A stretch of 63,290 bases of DNA, counting the filler, from Globobulimina sp. (lineage: Eukaryota), in assembly GCA_003354225.1 (NCBI GenBank). It is 43 parts of 43 records of this genome, joined end to end, with 100 filler letters (N's around TTAATTAATTAA, not from the genome) between each part and the next. Parts side by side here need not be neighbours in the genome. Positions count along the whole stretch, not along the records: positions 38,340 to 39,713 come from PIVH01017724.1; positions 39,814 to 41,187 come from PIVH01017725.1; positions 41,288 to 42,661 come from PIVH01017726.1; positions 42,762 to 44,135 come from PIVH01017727.1; positions 44,236 to 45,609 come from PIVH01017728.1; positions 45,710 to 47,083 come from PIVH01017729.1; positions 47,184 to 48,557 come from PIVH01017730.1; positions 48,658 to 50,031 come from PIVH01017731.1; 35 more parts are not named here. The stretch is one strand, 5' to 3'. A program made the position numbers and the translations under genes. Below the pieces are notes generated by a model. The model was given only the letters and a program-made list of their open reading frames with translations. It had not been told where the DNA came from and searched no databases. Numbering within the stretch: the first letter of the stretch is position 1; each line of letters opens with the position of its first letter. Below, one piece after another: positions 38,240 to 50,977 of the stretch.

Positions 38240-39251
38240 NNNNNNNNNNNNNNNNNNNNNNNNNNNNNNNNNNNNNNNNNNNNTTAATTAATTAANNNNN
38301 NNNNNNNNNNNNNNNNNNNNNNNNNNNNNNNNNNNNNNNGTATGGAGAGATTATTGTTCTGTGACATTATTAATATGGAATGAATCATCATAGCACGTTA
38401 CTTGTGATAAACCCGTTTTTGTCATACATTGCATTTAGTGCAGGATGTCTGTTTCTTCGTGGCAAGACCTGATTGATCAACACGGACAGGTCTACTAAGA
38501 CGGGCATCACCAAATTGAATACCTTGTCCTACTCGATCGGGGTCTATTTCACCTAGAAATAATAGTATATGTCGTTTTGCGCGTCCTAAAGTTACAGTGG
38601 TAAAAAATTTCCTCATATGGTATGGTATGGTACTGTTACCATATACAATACACGATGGTTTGGCCTAAAACCAGGTTTTCAAAATTAAAACGCTCACTAC
38701 TCCTCTCGTTATGGATGAAATCGTTTGATTTATACGTCATAAGAAAGCCAAAAGTTTATAGTTGTACTTAGTATATCGAAACGCTCGCGAACTATAACAA
38801 AAGCTCTTTGTTTTTCATGTCGAAAAGAAAAAACTTAAATGCAAAAAAGAACGGAGAAAAAAGGTGCGGAAAAAAAACGGGACAACAATTTTGTCATTGA
38901 CGGTTCAACGAAACATTTATTCCAAAAACAAAAAAGTCCAAGAAGCAGAAGGGGTTCTTGCGCATATTTTAAGACTATTTCCATGAAAATTGGTTAAGTT
39001 TTGACTGAGTTATACATGCGGGCGAAAGGAACATGTATTTACTCGATCGCAGCGACATCTAGCGAAAAAATAGTTTTTTGCCAATATCTCCGGAAATATT
39101 CGAGATAGAAAGTTCCCGATGGTCTTAAAAATATTCACAAATATCGTTTCACCTAATAACTTTGTAAAATAAATCAAAAAAATTATACGCAAAGGCCTAG
39201 AATAATTTTTATTAAGAAAAATGGTAAAATTTGTGATTTTTCAGCATATTT

Positions 39252-39688
39252 ATCTAGAGTTTCAACAAGTACTTGGGTTTTGGGTTTGGGTACTTGGGTA
39301 TTTGGGGTGTTTTCAGCTATTTGGGTATTGGGTTTGGGTTTTGGGTTTTCGACCCCCAAAACCCAAATATCTCAGAATTGGTATTTTTGCTCGATTTTTT
39401 GACCGTTTTGAGCCGATTATGGAAGTCATGTAAATTTTCGGAAAAGAAAGAGTCCTTTTTCAAAGCTCTGTGCCATCAGAAATGGATATCTGACTGTTAA
39501 ATAGCATTATATTTCATTACAAAACAAACTTATATGGCGATATAGGCAGATAAATTTGGAAAAACATCATTTTTTCATGAAATTTCATTACTTGGGTTTT
39601 GGGTTTGGGTATTTGGCTATTTGGGGGTTAAGTATTTGGGTTTGGGTTTTGGGTATTTGGGTTTTTACTACTTGTTGAAACTCTAGAT
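39252..39688. mobile_element. MITE with 20-bp perfect TIRs and internal TTTGGG/TTTTGGG-like arrays
   Basis: ATCTAGAGTTTCAACAAGTA ... TACTTGTTGAAACTCTAGAT, with G-tract clusters at ~39272-39347 and ~39591-39662. Confidence 0.8.
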
Positions 39689-39813
39689 CAAAATATGATT
39701 TAAATTATTGTTCNNNNNNNNNNNNNNNNNNNNNNNNNNNNNNNNNNNNNNNNNNNNTTAATTAATTAANNNNNNNNNNNNNNNNNNNNNNNNNNNNNNN
39801 NNNNNNNNNNNNN

Positions 39814-40315
39814 TTGTCGATGCTCCATACGCTGACCTTTTAGGTGAGGGTAGATTCCAAATATAGGTATCAACAACGCCATCAATGCTGTTTCTTTCAT
39901 CGAGAATATATGCGCAGCATGGTCGACCATCGCCAGTTCGAAATATTACATTGTAACTGGTGCTCGATGGCATTGTACCAGATAATTTTAAATGTTTTGG
40001 TAATGTAAAGTCTTCAACGTAACAAATACCAATGTGGTAATTTATTGGTTGAGATCTATTTGCTGTGTTACCGATTAATTGTAAATTGCATTGATAATTT
40101 GTACGTGTTCCTATTTCTGAAAAACTAATATGTGGTGGTTTTGATTCGTAACCTCCATTGTCCTCAACACAAATAACCCTTAAACTTGAACGGTAAAATT
40201 TTATACATAGATCTTTTATCGGTAATGGGATGATTCTATCTGTAATATGGATAATTCTGATGTAACCATACACTAATAATTGCGTGTTTAAACTCACGTA
40301 AGAAATGACAGCCAT
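39814..40315 (-). CDS. Protein with an N-terminal GYIR module followed by a beta-rich (possibly Kelch-like) region, 3' partial
   Basis: LLVYGYIR...IPLPIKDLCIKFY; VIFRTG...WNLPSPKRSAYG. Confidence 0.6.
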
Positions 40316-40368
40316 TGTTTTGATGTATATATTAACAATTAAGATTGAAAAACGTTTAATGATTACTC

Positions 40369-41187
40369 ATGTCATCAATTCTGACTGCCTACAAGCAATT
40401 AACTATCTACGACATCGCAGATACTACATTTCAACGTATGATTCTATTCTTGGTTTATGACGAACCTTCCGAGCTGCTTAAAATACGAGCACTATGCAAG
40501 CATTTTTATAACATATTGGATATTAACAATGGTGGAACAAATTACATTTGGAAAGTAATTTGCAACAATAGATTTCAAAATATATCGTCAAACTTTCAGA
40601 CCAAACGTTGGGACAAATTGTATCAATTACGAGTAATGGCAATGCAACGTGATTTTAAATACTATTCAACAAATTATGTAAATGTGAATAAAATAACAGA
40701 CATTGAAGATATTGTTATCGAAGGATGTAAGTTTGGATTGCCAATCAGTTACAAATTGGACAAACCAGCAACACAGTCAATATATACTGTATTAATAGAA
40801 TTTACTTTCGAAGAGATAAAAATAAAAAATTCTTTGTATGAAAATGGAGAAATCTGGTTCATAAAATGTCCAATATTTTCAGCAACACAGTCTCAAACAA
40901 ATCACTTTGTTCATCAAACATCAAAGGACATTGTTGATGATATAATCAATGAATTAATTAACAATGCAATAAGGCACTCGAGCTCGCCGCCACCTCGTGG
41001 TCGATATTTAAAACCTAAAAAAATTAAAATAGACGCAATTGATAAAAAAGAACAAGTTGATGCGCATTCAAGACAGCTTAAGCTAGAAACAATTCAACGT
41101 GATTTATTTGGGCTGACAGTAACAACGGTATTTAGAAAGTTGGAAGAAGAGGGAATTTGGCAACTAAATAATATTAATGATGATGTG
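40369..41187 (+). CDS. F-box-like protein, 3' partial
   Basis: RMILFLVYDEPSELLKIRALCKHFYNIL...IWKVICNNRF...WDKLY. Confidence 0.6.
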
Positions 41188-41287
41188 NNNNNNNNNNNNN
41201 NNNNNNNNNNNNNNNNNNNNNNNNNNNNNNNTTAATTAATTAANNNNNNNNNNNNNNNNNNNNNNNNNNNNNNNNNNNNNNNNNNNN

Positions 41288-42649
41288 TGTAAATCATTAA
41301 CATTGAATTGTGGAACATCAGAATGCAGTATCATATGCGATAACGACTCTTGTGGTAATATTAACGTAGATACATCCACCGCACATTCATTCCAATGCAT
41401 TGGTTCCATTGCAGCATGTTCCGCTGCTCCAAACGCAATATATCCGCCAACATCATCACCAACATTAGAACCAACATTAGAACCAACATCATTGCCAACA
41501 TTATTACCGACATTATTGCCTACAATTCAACCATCATTATTGCCGACATCATCACCAACAAATCAACCATCATTAACACCAACTATAAAACCAACATTTT
41601 CCCCAACAAATCATCCAACATTATTGCCTACATTACAACCAACAGCATCACCAACAAAGCAGCCAACTATTGGACCAACAATATCACCCACAATGCCACC
41701 CTCACCATCAATAGAAAGCACATCAACAACACCAGCACCTATTTTACAAATAGTACCACGGATTACTGGATCCTCTGAAACCTCTGTGTCTGACACCATT
41801 AGTGTAGAAAACATAGATGCGGTCGAAAATAATGGAAGCACAGATAGTTTAGTTGTATATTTAATGAATAATTTAGTAGTTTCTGTATTATGTGGTCTTA
41901 TTATATTGGGAGCTCTTTTATGTGTGATATGTTATTGTTGCATTAAACAACGATACACTTTCAAGCGACGTTTGAAAAATGATGATGTCGAAAATGTGCA
42001 AATAAAACCAGCGGTTAATGCGAAAAATATCTTTCAGGATAAAGAACGCGTTGCCACTCAGTCACATTTGAGTTTTTCCATACAAATCGATGAAAACAGT
42101 GTAGGTAACAACAGTCCATATAATAATATTAATTATGATGCATTTGGACGAAGGTCAGCTTCATTCAATAATGGCTTATCAATTATTTCACCATCATCAA
42201 TGGTTAATATCTCACCACATTTAGCTGTACCTGTTTCGCCTATAAATGAATATAAAGAAGAGTCTGTTTCACCCATTGCTTCGCCCATTGTGTCACTGAG
42301 CGTATTACCACCACCTCCACCACCATCAACATACGATAATGATAATGATGATATGGAGGGTATACGTATTCATAAAGAGAATGTGACTATGATTATAAAT
42401 GAACAGTTTATAATAAGTCAAACGAATGACGAAGAAGAAAAAGAAGCAGTGGTTGTAGATGGCGATGATTATGTAATGCTAACTAATAATCCAAATGTAA
42501 AAAATGATGAGTTTATAATCAAAGGTGATGATGATACCGAATGTAATGAGACCACAGGGGCTGATTATGAATTGTCGACAGGAGGTGGTCTCTGCGAAAT
42601 TAGTATCAGTGAAATTGAACCAATTGTTACTAGACACTTTATCGCTTGA
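41288..42649 (+). CDS. Type I membrane protein: Cys-rich ectodomain, PTxxP mucin-like stalk, TM helix, cytoplasmic tail (5' partial)
   Basis: 12-nt-period PT repeats at ~41446-41710; TM LVVSVLCGLIILGALLCVICYCCI followed by basic residues. Confidence 0.85.
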   Translation, partial: CKSLTLNCGTSECSIICDNDSCGNINVDTSTAHSFQCIGSIAACSAAPNAIYPPTSSPTLEPTLEPTSLPTLLPTLLPTIQPSLLPTSSPTNQPSLTPTIKPTFSPTNHPTLLPTLQPTASPTKQPTIGPTISPTMPPSPSIESTSTTPAPILQIVPRITGSSETSVSDTISVENIDAVENNGSTDSLVVYLMNNLVVSVLCGLIILGALLCVICYCCIKQRYTFKRRLKNDDVENVQIKPAVNAKNIFQDKERVATQSHLSFSIQIDENSVGNNSPYNNINYDAFGRRSASFNNGLSIISPSSMVNISPHLAVPVSPINEYKEESVSPIASPIVSLSVLPPPPPPSTYDNDNDDMEGIRIHKENVTMIINEQFIISQTNDEEEKEAVVVDGDDYVMLTNNPNVKNDEFIIKGDDDTECNETTGADYELSTGGGLCEISISEIEPIVTRHFIA

Positions 42650-42761
42650 TATATATTTGCCNNNNNNNNNNNNNNNNNNNNNNNNNNNNNNNNNNNNNNN
42701 NNNNNTTAATTAATTAANNNNNNNNNNNNNNNNNNNNNNNNNNNNNNNNNNNNNNNNNNNN

Positions 42762-43798
42762 GTTGATGCATCACAGCAATCACTTTTTTGTTGTGAGTCG
42801 ATACTAAATTTTTCAATATTTCTAATGTTTTCAAAGCAGTAAAACTATCTAAACCAGAACTGAATGTATATGCATATCCGTCATGTGTTTGTGACTGTGT
42901 TTGAGATTGAGATGGATGTAATACCTGGGCTCGTCCAGGAAGATAAGAGATGGATTTACCACCAATTCACAAGCGACGGCAGTACGTTTCCGTTCGCCGC
43001 CAGACATTCCCGCAATTTCCGCGCTCCCTTCGTTGTTAATTTAGTTAATAAGATGTGAGATATTATAGATATTGACATACCAATCAGTGTATTTTGGCAG
43101 TCTTCCAGTTTTAAAGAACGAATAACATCATTTATTGTTTCTAATTGTTGCTCCTTTGGAGCTGTCGAACGTAACTTTGACGAAAAGATTAATGCTTCTT
43201 TTGCTGTGGATGTAGCGCATTGAATGTCATGTTGCATAACATAGGCACTTATATGTTTGATCGCGTCTGATGCGCCCAACTTAAATGACAATTTATTCGT
43301 AGCCACAGTGCCGTTGACCTTGATTTCTTTGCTACTTTTAAAACATTTGCATAACTTTGCCACAGTGGATGGCTTTCTATTCAATATTCTGCCGGAAATA
43401 GCATTTAAAAGAGTCGTTTTACCGGCTCCAGAACCACCGAGTATTCCCAATAACTGCCCATTGCCAACGCGACCGGAGACGTTGTTCAATATGGTTTTAT
43501 TACCAATGCTGACTGTATATAATTAATATTATGGTGTTATACCTGTTGGAATATATAGATGAATACCATTCACATCTTTCCATTCAAAATATTCTGTTAC
43601 TTGCTGAGATGCAAAGTTTAAATTGGTTTTTCTGGATATATACAATGTAAAAGTCATTGATATAGAATTATATTATAAATGCAAAAAGATGACATACGTT
43701 GATGGAGTGTGACTGCTTTTTTGTCGAATATCGGATGAATCGAGGTTGATGGAGGTACTATCCACTCGGGCTGTATTTTTAAGTTTGCGAAATGCCAT
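42762..43798 (-). CDS. ABCG (White-family) transporter, N-terminal NBD, multi-exon, 3' partial
   Basis: LNNVSG, Walker [33 protein letters not shown], and spliced FLDEPSSGLDS. Confidence 0.93.
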
Positions 43799-44624
43799 GT
43801 TGGAGACTTGGAAGCCAAGAAACTGTCTGAATATTCCCTTCAGGTTTCGTAATACTAGTCTTAAACAATGTATGAATAATAGAGCATATCATGGTGATAT
43901 TCATACATTATTCATTACATTTCAAATTTCAAAGAGACAGCAAAAATACGTTGCAACTATAAACATTCAAGCAAAATAAAATTTGGTTCAAAAAAACATC
44001 AAACATTTGCAAAGGGAAAAATGAGAATTTATAATTTTTTTGGAACATGTAATGTACTCAGTTTTCTCTCTAACTCCATTTCGCTTTGTAATATTTTGAG
44101 TCTTATATGGTCTTTATTCTGTTCCTCCAGCTCTTNNNNNNNNNNNNNNNNNNNNNNNNNNNNNNNNNNNNNNNNNNNNTTAATTAATTAANNNNNNNNN
44201 NNNNNNNNNNNNNNNNNNNNNNNNNNNNNNNNNNNAAGTTTGATGATTATTATTATCTTTGATGCTCCGCGCCAAGGACTCCCCCACTCGAAAACTTTAT
44301 TTTTAGAAACACGTTCCCAGGCACGATTTTATTGACTTCTGATAATACTATCAATGGAATTACGAATGATGTAAATTAAAGTGCGTGGTACATGGTATAT
44401 GGTGACAGGGGAAAGTATTTCAAAAATTATTTCGATAGGTGATTTATTACAGATTTTATTACTCCCCGTTATTGTTTCTAGTGACATTCGATTGTATACG
44501 AAACATTTTTACTGTACATGTATGGAAACGTTATTGACATTCGATTGTATACAAACGGAAAAGATTTTCATCCTAAAAAAATATAATACACAACACACAT
44601 ACAGCAACATATTTATCTTGTGAT

Positions 44625-45533
44625 TTATTGAAGACTTTGAAAGTATGTTTGACTCTGTGGTTGGTTATATTGCCCATTATAATTCATTTGCTTTTGTTGA
44701 TTATAATTCATTTGATTCTGTTGATTAAAATTCATTTGGTTCTGTTGATTATAATTCATTTGGTTCTGTTGCAATTGGTTTTGTTGATTTTGCTGATTAT
44801 GTAGTACTATTTGATTTTGTTGCTGTAACAAAAGTTGATTATTTCCATAAACAACGGATTGGTAAATGGCCATATTTTGTTTATCGTTGTCATCGTTATC
44901 GTTATCATCATTATCAATTGTATCAGTCTCATCATTATAACTCGGACTCCCTGGACTTCCCGGTTCTTGTTCTAGATCTTGTTCATCATTAAAATCATCA
45001 TCATTATTATCCTTATTTTCTGGTTCCATATCGATTAAAACGTTTTTCATGCTCTTTTTAATTGTCTTTTTTGAATCGTTTGTCTCCCACTTTGCCAATT
45101 GTTTGGTTAAAACAATATCTTTCAAATGTTTTTCCTGTGAATATAAAACTGTTAACTTTCTCATTGTAGCTTTAAAAAATAAATCTTGTAATAATTCAGC
45201 AATATCATGCTTTTGTTTTGATATAAAATGATAATCGTATTCGTTGGGAATATGAATCACAAATTCTGGACTTGAAGCACTTAGCGTTATCATTCCAATC
45301 TCAGTAATTCTGATTCTTCGTTTACTTTGTTTATATTTGTTTTTTTTTAGATTATAAATTGCTGTTTGAGTTATCATCATTACACGCATTTGCTTTTTGC
45401 CCTTCGCGTTTAATTTTTTTATTTCATCTGAAAATATTACTTTTTCCTTCTCCAAACCTTCTGTTCCAATCAATGTCCTGATGTCATCTTTGCCTCTCAA
45501 CTGTAATTTGTCTTTATCTGAATAATCCGACAT
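44625..45533 (-). CDS. Stand-alone myosin-I TH1 (PH-like) domain protein with an acidic and Q/N-repeat tail
   Basis: VIFSDEIKKLN..GKKQMRVMMIT..AIYNL...KRRI...EFVIHIPNEYDY; 24-nt QQNQMNYN repeats at ~44680-44770. Confidence 0.8.
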   Translation of the reverse strand: MSDYSDKDKLQLRGKDDIRTLIGTEGLEKEKVIFSDEIKKLNAKGKKQMRVMMITQTAIYNLKKNKYKQSKRRIRITEIGMITLSASSPEFVIHIPNEYDYHFISKQKHDIAELLQDLFFKATMRKLTVLYSQEKHLKDIVLTKQLAKWETNDSKKTIKKSMKNVLIDMEPENKDNNDDDFNDEQDLEQEPGSPGSPSYNDETDTIDNDDNDNDDNDKQNMAIYQSVVYGNNQLLLQQQNQIVLHNQQNQQNQLQQNQMNYNQQNQMNFNQQNQMNYNQQKQMNYNGQYNQPQSQTYFQSLQ

Positions 45534-45709
45534 TTTCTACAGAAAAAAAATGTCAGAATCAAAGAAAAAACTTTTGAGTTAGTTGCTACTTTCTACATCC
45601 TGTCGTCACNNNNNNNNNNNNNNNNNNNNNNNNNNNNNNNNNNNNNNNNNNNNTTAATTAATTAANNNNNNNNNNNNNNNNNNNNNNNNNNNNNNNNNNN
45701 NNNNNNNNN

Positions 45710-45964
45710 AGATAGGTAAATAATGGAGGGATATTCAATATCTTTGGATGGTTTACTAGAAATGCGACAACATGGATCATATAAGAATTTACATAATGAT
45801 TTAAACTGCGTCCATAACTGTGAGGTCAACGATTGACCTGAAAATAGTACAAAACTATTAATAATCAACGATGTCGAAAATCCAATAATGATTAACCAAT
45901 ATGGTGTGTCTGTTCCTGACGAGTAACAATGTCTCTCTGTGTCGACACTCCAGGAAGTGGTCAT
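45710..45964 (-). CDS. N-terminus of a membrane protein, divergent from the G-alpha gene
   Basis: MTTSWS...YWLIIIGFSTSLIINSFVLF TM segment; open to the contig edge. Confidence 0.5.
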
Positions 45965-46016
45965 TTTGTTTAATTTGAGGTTTTTCGCAACAATTTTCCA
46001 CTTTAATTTAATCAAA

Positions 46017-47083
46017 ATGGGAGTTTGTGTTACCAAACACACCGTAAATATGGACATAAAAAATTTGACGATAGCAGTTGATCAAAGCGGTAACAGTTGT
46101 AATGATTCAATGCCACAAACAGATCTTCAAGAAAAAAACACCACAGTCATTAATAAACAAATCAATAAATATATGAAAGAGGTTGAAAAAAAAGAAAAAC
46201 AAATTATTAAATTATTATTATTAGGTTCTGGAAGCAGCGGTAAATCGACATTATTCCGACAAATTGACTCTATTCATGGTCGAGATGAAAACCCAAATAA
46301 TAACAATTACAGAGCAAATATTCGATTAAGTTGCATAAATGGATTAATTAAGTTATTAAAACAAAGTGAAATATTATCAAAACAGCCATTTAATAAAAAT
46401 CAATGTAGTATCAATGTTGAAGATAAAAATATTGCAAATGCCATAACAATCTTGGCTGAGGCCAAGAAAATGTTTGAATGCGTTGACGTTGCCGTTGCTG
46501 TTGTAGGCATGTACCTGTTTTATGCTTTATTCTTACTTTCTATTCATAAAAACTCACAGGTGAATCTATGCAGTTATTGTGGCAATTGGATGGTATCAAA
46601 GAAACATTTAAAAATCGACAGTATTTCAGTTTGCCAGAGAATATTGATTATTTTTTAGGTAAATATGTCAAATGAATCTTTTCAGATAATAAAATAGTCA
46701 GAGATTCGTATTGTTCGTTTTTGTACATACAATTTCTGTAAGTTAGTCATGTTGAAATGTACAAGATATACAATACAGATTCTGGATTGCTTGAAAAACA
46801 GGTTTTGTATATGTTTCACGGAAACACTCAGTTTTGGCTTGTTTCTGTGTTACATATTCAAACATGTTTCTAATCTGTACATTATATACTCTTTGCACAG
46901 ATAAAATACTGATAATAATGGATGAAAGTGAAGATAATGGATACGTTGCCTCACTCGAAGATGTACTTAATTCACGAGTACAAACAACAGGAATTACTGA
47001 AAGAACATATTTCATTAAAGATGTAAAATTAAATATGTTTGATGTTGGTGGTAAAACAAATGAAAGAAAAAAATGGATTCAAG
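46017..47083 (+). CDS. Heterotrimeric G-protein alpha subunit (divergent), 3 exons, 3' partial
   Basis: MGVC acylation motif, KLLLLGSGSSGKST, LLWQLDGIKETF..ENIDYFL, RVQTTGI and FDVGGKTNERKKW. Confidence 0.92.
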
Positions 47084-47183
47084 NNNNNNNNNNNNNNNNN
47101 NNNNNNNNNNNNNNNNNNNNNNNNNNNTTAATTAATTAANNNNNNNNNNNNNNNNNNNNNNNNNNNNNNNNNNNNNNNNNNNN

Positions 47184-47885
47184 ATCAATTTAGGTAAAAA
47201 TAAGTATGTCAAACAGGATGATGCTGTTACTGATTACATTCGAGGCATTGAAAATTTCTCGGAGTTTGCGGATTATTTGGTAATTAACATAAGTTCACCA
47301 AATACGCCTGGTTTGAGGGACTTGCAAAGGAGAGATATTATACACAAATTGTTATCAAAATTGAAGCAAACGCGCGATGAGGTTCATGATAAAAACTTTG
47401 CCAAATCTCCCATGGGTTCGTGTGTTAACTGTAAGCCACCGGCACCGCCATTGTTGGTGAAGATTGCGCCGGATTTAAGTGATAATGAAATCGAGGATAT
47501 TGGATATGTTGTAAAGGAGGTTGGTATTGATGGGATAATTGTAAGTAATACTACAATTGCAAGGGATAATTTACAGTCAAAGGAGACATTAACGTCAGAG
47601 TATGGCGGTTTAAGTGGAAAACCTTTACTTGAGAAAAGTAATTTAGTTTTAAAGAAAATGTATCAGATAACAGATGGGAAAATACCGTTAATTGGAGTTG
47701 GAGGGATTTCATCTGTTGCTGATGCATACAATAAAATAAGGTGTGGTGCATCGTTAGTTCAGGTGTACACTGGAATGATATACAATGGGCCTATATTAAT
47801 TCATGAGATGATTGACAAACTCGATGAAATGGCAAAACAAGATGGATATGGTCATATTACAGAAGCAATTGGTGCATCGTGTTGA
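47184..47885 (+). CDS. DHODH: Dihydroorotate dehydrogenase class 2 (quinone), 5' partial
   Basis: INLGKNK, VINISSPNTPGLRDLQ, LVKIAPDL, VSNTT, GGLSGKPL, IGVGGI and GASLVQVYT. Confidence 0.96.
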   Translation: MNLGKNKYVKQDDAVTDYIRGIENFSEFADYLVINISSPNTPGLRDLQRRDIIHKLLSKLKQTRDEVHDKNFAKSPMGSCVNCKPPAPPLLVKIAPDLSDNEIEDIGYVVKEVGIDGIIVSNTTIARDNLQSKETLTSEYGGLSGKPLLEKSNLVLKKMYQITDGKIPLIGVGGISSVADAYNKIRCGASLVQVYTGMIYNGPILIHEMIDKLDEMAKQDGYGHITEAIGASC

Positions 47886-48904
47886 TATTTGTGCGTGTGT
47901 TTTTTGTTTTTGTTTTCGAATTTGATTAAAAAAAGTGTTTTTGTTTTTTGTTTTTGTTTTAGCAAAGCAAACCTATCCGATTCTAAAAAGTGTTTTGATT
48001 CACTCTGATTTGCACGTATACAGTACACTTAATTAGCTTTCACGAGATGGAAAATAAGGAGTAAGATAATATTAAATGCATTACTATTTAATAGAAAAAT
48101 GTTAACGACATGAAAGTAAAATATTAACATTTTTCACGCTATCATACATATTGCGTATGTTATAAGATAGAATAAGTGTAAACTCGCCGGGATTCATTTT
48201 ATTGTCGATCCGGATGCGAAAAACAAAATGTATATAACAAACAGTCAATATGTACAACACTAAGGGAAAGATGGAAAATATACAAAAAATAGAAAGGCAC
48301 AAAAGAATACAAACAAAAAATAAGCACATAGAAACGCGTTTGTTGGTGCGCGAATTACTTATTAACTCAACAACACAAACACCAACTAATTTCATTTAAT
48401 TACTAGAGATGCGTACAAAATTGATAACTATTCTTCAATCATCATTAAATCATGAAATTGCAATTGTTGGATGGTTCTGATGTGATTACAACAACAGCAA
48501 CAACAGTTACCTCTGTATAGACCATTATCATTATGATTATATTCGATATGCTGCGTCNNNNNNNNNNNNNNNNNNNNNNNNNNNNNNNNNNNNNNNNNNN
48601 NTTAATTAATTAANNNNNNNNNNNNNNNNNNNNNNNNNNNNNNNNNNNNNNNNNNNNCATAACTCAACAACAAAAACACCATCAAAAAAAGGGTGTACAA
48701 ATAAAAAAAAATAGACAAACTAATGAATTTTATACGCAACATATCAAAATAAAAACCAAATAATAAATACGCTAAATAAGCGAGATATATATAGATAATT
48801 ATTTATATAATATTTGACATTATTAATTTACTATTATATTATACAAAAATACATATTTATTTATAATCATTAGAAACACGCGCACAATATGAATATGTTG
48901 GCTT

Positions 48905-50031
48905 TCAAGCGTCTGTAATTGAGATGTTTAAATCACACAAACTATAATTACTAAGTGGAGACACCAATGTTTCCTGTTCGTCATCTTGTTCTCCGCCAAC
49001 ACCATTTAATGTTATGCTATTTTCTATATTCTCCTCTTCTTCTTCCTCAACATAATGACTCCACCAATTCTCCGCTTCATCAACTTCAAAAAATATGTGT
49101 CGCGCTCCAACAATCTCTTCAAACGGACTATATTTCAGCACTCTGCTCACAGGTTTCTTCATATTGGTCACTAAAAGAGTCAATCCATCATATTTTTTCA
49201 TTAACTCTTTGATAAAATGGCAAAGTGATTCTGCAGCAGTTGCATCGATATCATTTATTCCGCTAAAACATAATATTAAACACCATTCATTTTCTTCAAT
49301 TCCTTTTTCCCTTCGCTTACCAAACATTCTTCCAATTTGTTTATTTATCTTAATTTTAAACGTAAACATGTTACCAAAAAATAATGAAGCATCCCATCGT
49401 AAAATCAATGTGTCGTCTCTAGTTTGCGCATTTTCGTAATTTTTAAGATTCCTATAAACCACCGCACACTGTGTGTCATCATCAAACTCCACGCGTCCTA
49501 ATACTGCATAATGTGCCATTGTGGCTCTTTGGATGAACATAACAATGGAAGTAATTACGCCGACACCAATTCCAAGTTCAACGCCCAAAAATAATGTAAT
49601 CATAAATGTTATCAGACAAACGTAGAAATCTTTCTTTTTAACCCGCCATAAACGAATCATACCTCTCCAATCAAACAAATTGTAAACAGAAACCATTATA
49701 ATTGCTCCAAGTACACATTTAGGCAAATATTCAAATAAAAATACAAACAGAGATAATGCCAAAATCATAAATATCCCCGTTGTTAATGAGTGTAATGGGG
49801 TTTTACCATTTGCTGCATCAACCACTGCTGTACGACTTAAACCTAATTCACATCCATTCACACCACGTATGTGCATGTACAGAAATAAATGGTCATACCT
49901 CCAGTTACAGGATATATTTGGAACCAGCATCCAATCAAATTGGGAGCCGCATTGGCTATCAATTCTTGTGACGGCTCAATGCGATAATTGCGTTTTTGTG
50001 CGAATTTATCCGCCACAGAATAAGATTGAAC
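48905..50031 (-). CDS. SLC26/SulP anion transporter with a STAS domain, 5' partial, one intron
   Basis: SQELIA...YPVTG spliced to GLSRTAV; LPKCVLGAII; STAS motifs LFFGN and INDIDATA. Confidence 0.93.
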
Positions 50032-50131
50032 NNNNNNNNNNNNNNNNNNNNNNNNNNNNNNNNNNNNNNNNNNNNTTAATTAATTAANNNNNNNNNNNNN
50101 NNNNNNNNNNNNNNNNNNNNNNNNNNNNNNN

Positions 50132-50514
50132 GAAAGTTTAACTAAATATTCTTTTTTTATCGCAAATGCTGGCAATGATTGTTGTTGCAGCGGTATACAC
50201 GAATTTGTTGACCATTTAAAGTTAAACGTTTTGATACAAATAATAGTGTTATCATTCAAAGTTAAACGTTTTGAAACATGGTCGTGCTCGTAAGCACAAA
50301 CAACCGCTACATTATTATATACATCAATATTTGATAAATATACAGGTCCTTTAATGATGAATATATCACCGATTTCAAACTTTTTTGACGATATTTTCTG
50401 ATCATTATGTGAATTGGATGCATTGTAGGCGCTTGAATTTGATACGTTTAGTTTTGATACATCGCATTGGATAATACCAATAAGAAAGGCATACAACAAA
50501 AACAATAATGTCAT
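50132..50514 (-). CDS. Secreted hypothetical protein, 3' partial
   Basis: Signal peptide MTLLFLLYAFLIGIIQC. Confidence 0.5.
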
Positions 50515-50977
50515 TTTAGATTTTAGAAAGCACAAAAAATGCTAAGAGTGTGGTGATACAGATGCGATTTTCCGTAATTTAATTGCAGCTGCAAATAATA
50601 TGTATGAAGAGATTGTGTTTTATTGCTATGACAATGACAATGAAGTGAATTACATTTTCATATCAATAATCCGCGTTATCTTTCAATAATAGATACTTTA
50701 CATCTTAAAATTTCTACAACTTTTCTCTATTTTCTACACTTCTCTTTAGCACAACATCTAGAACATGCAACCGCTTTCAAGCTGTCTTTACCTGAACTAT
50801 ACTAATCGCGTTACTAGGCAATCAACTAAGAACACCCAACAAACTATCAATGAGCTATTCTGTACAATCAATGTTATGTGGTGGGGAGATTATAACATAT
50901 TTAAAGGACTAGTTAAATGGACGGCATCCTTAATTGCCATGGACTAGTTTAAAGGAGCGTAGTGCACCAATCCAATC

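Noticed and set aside
39221-39500. G/W/F-rich short ORFs
   Set aside because: They are artefacts of the TTTGGG-like repeats inside a MITE.
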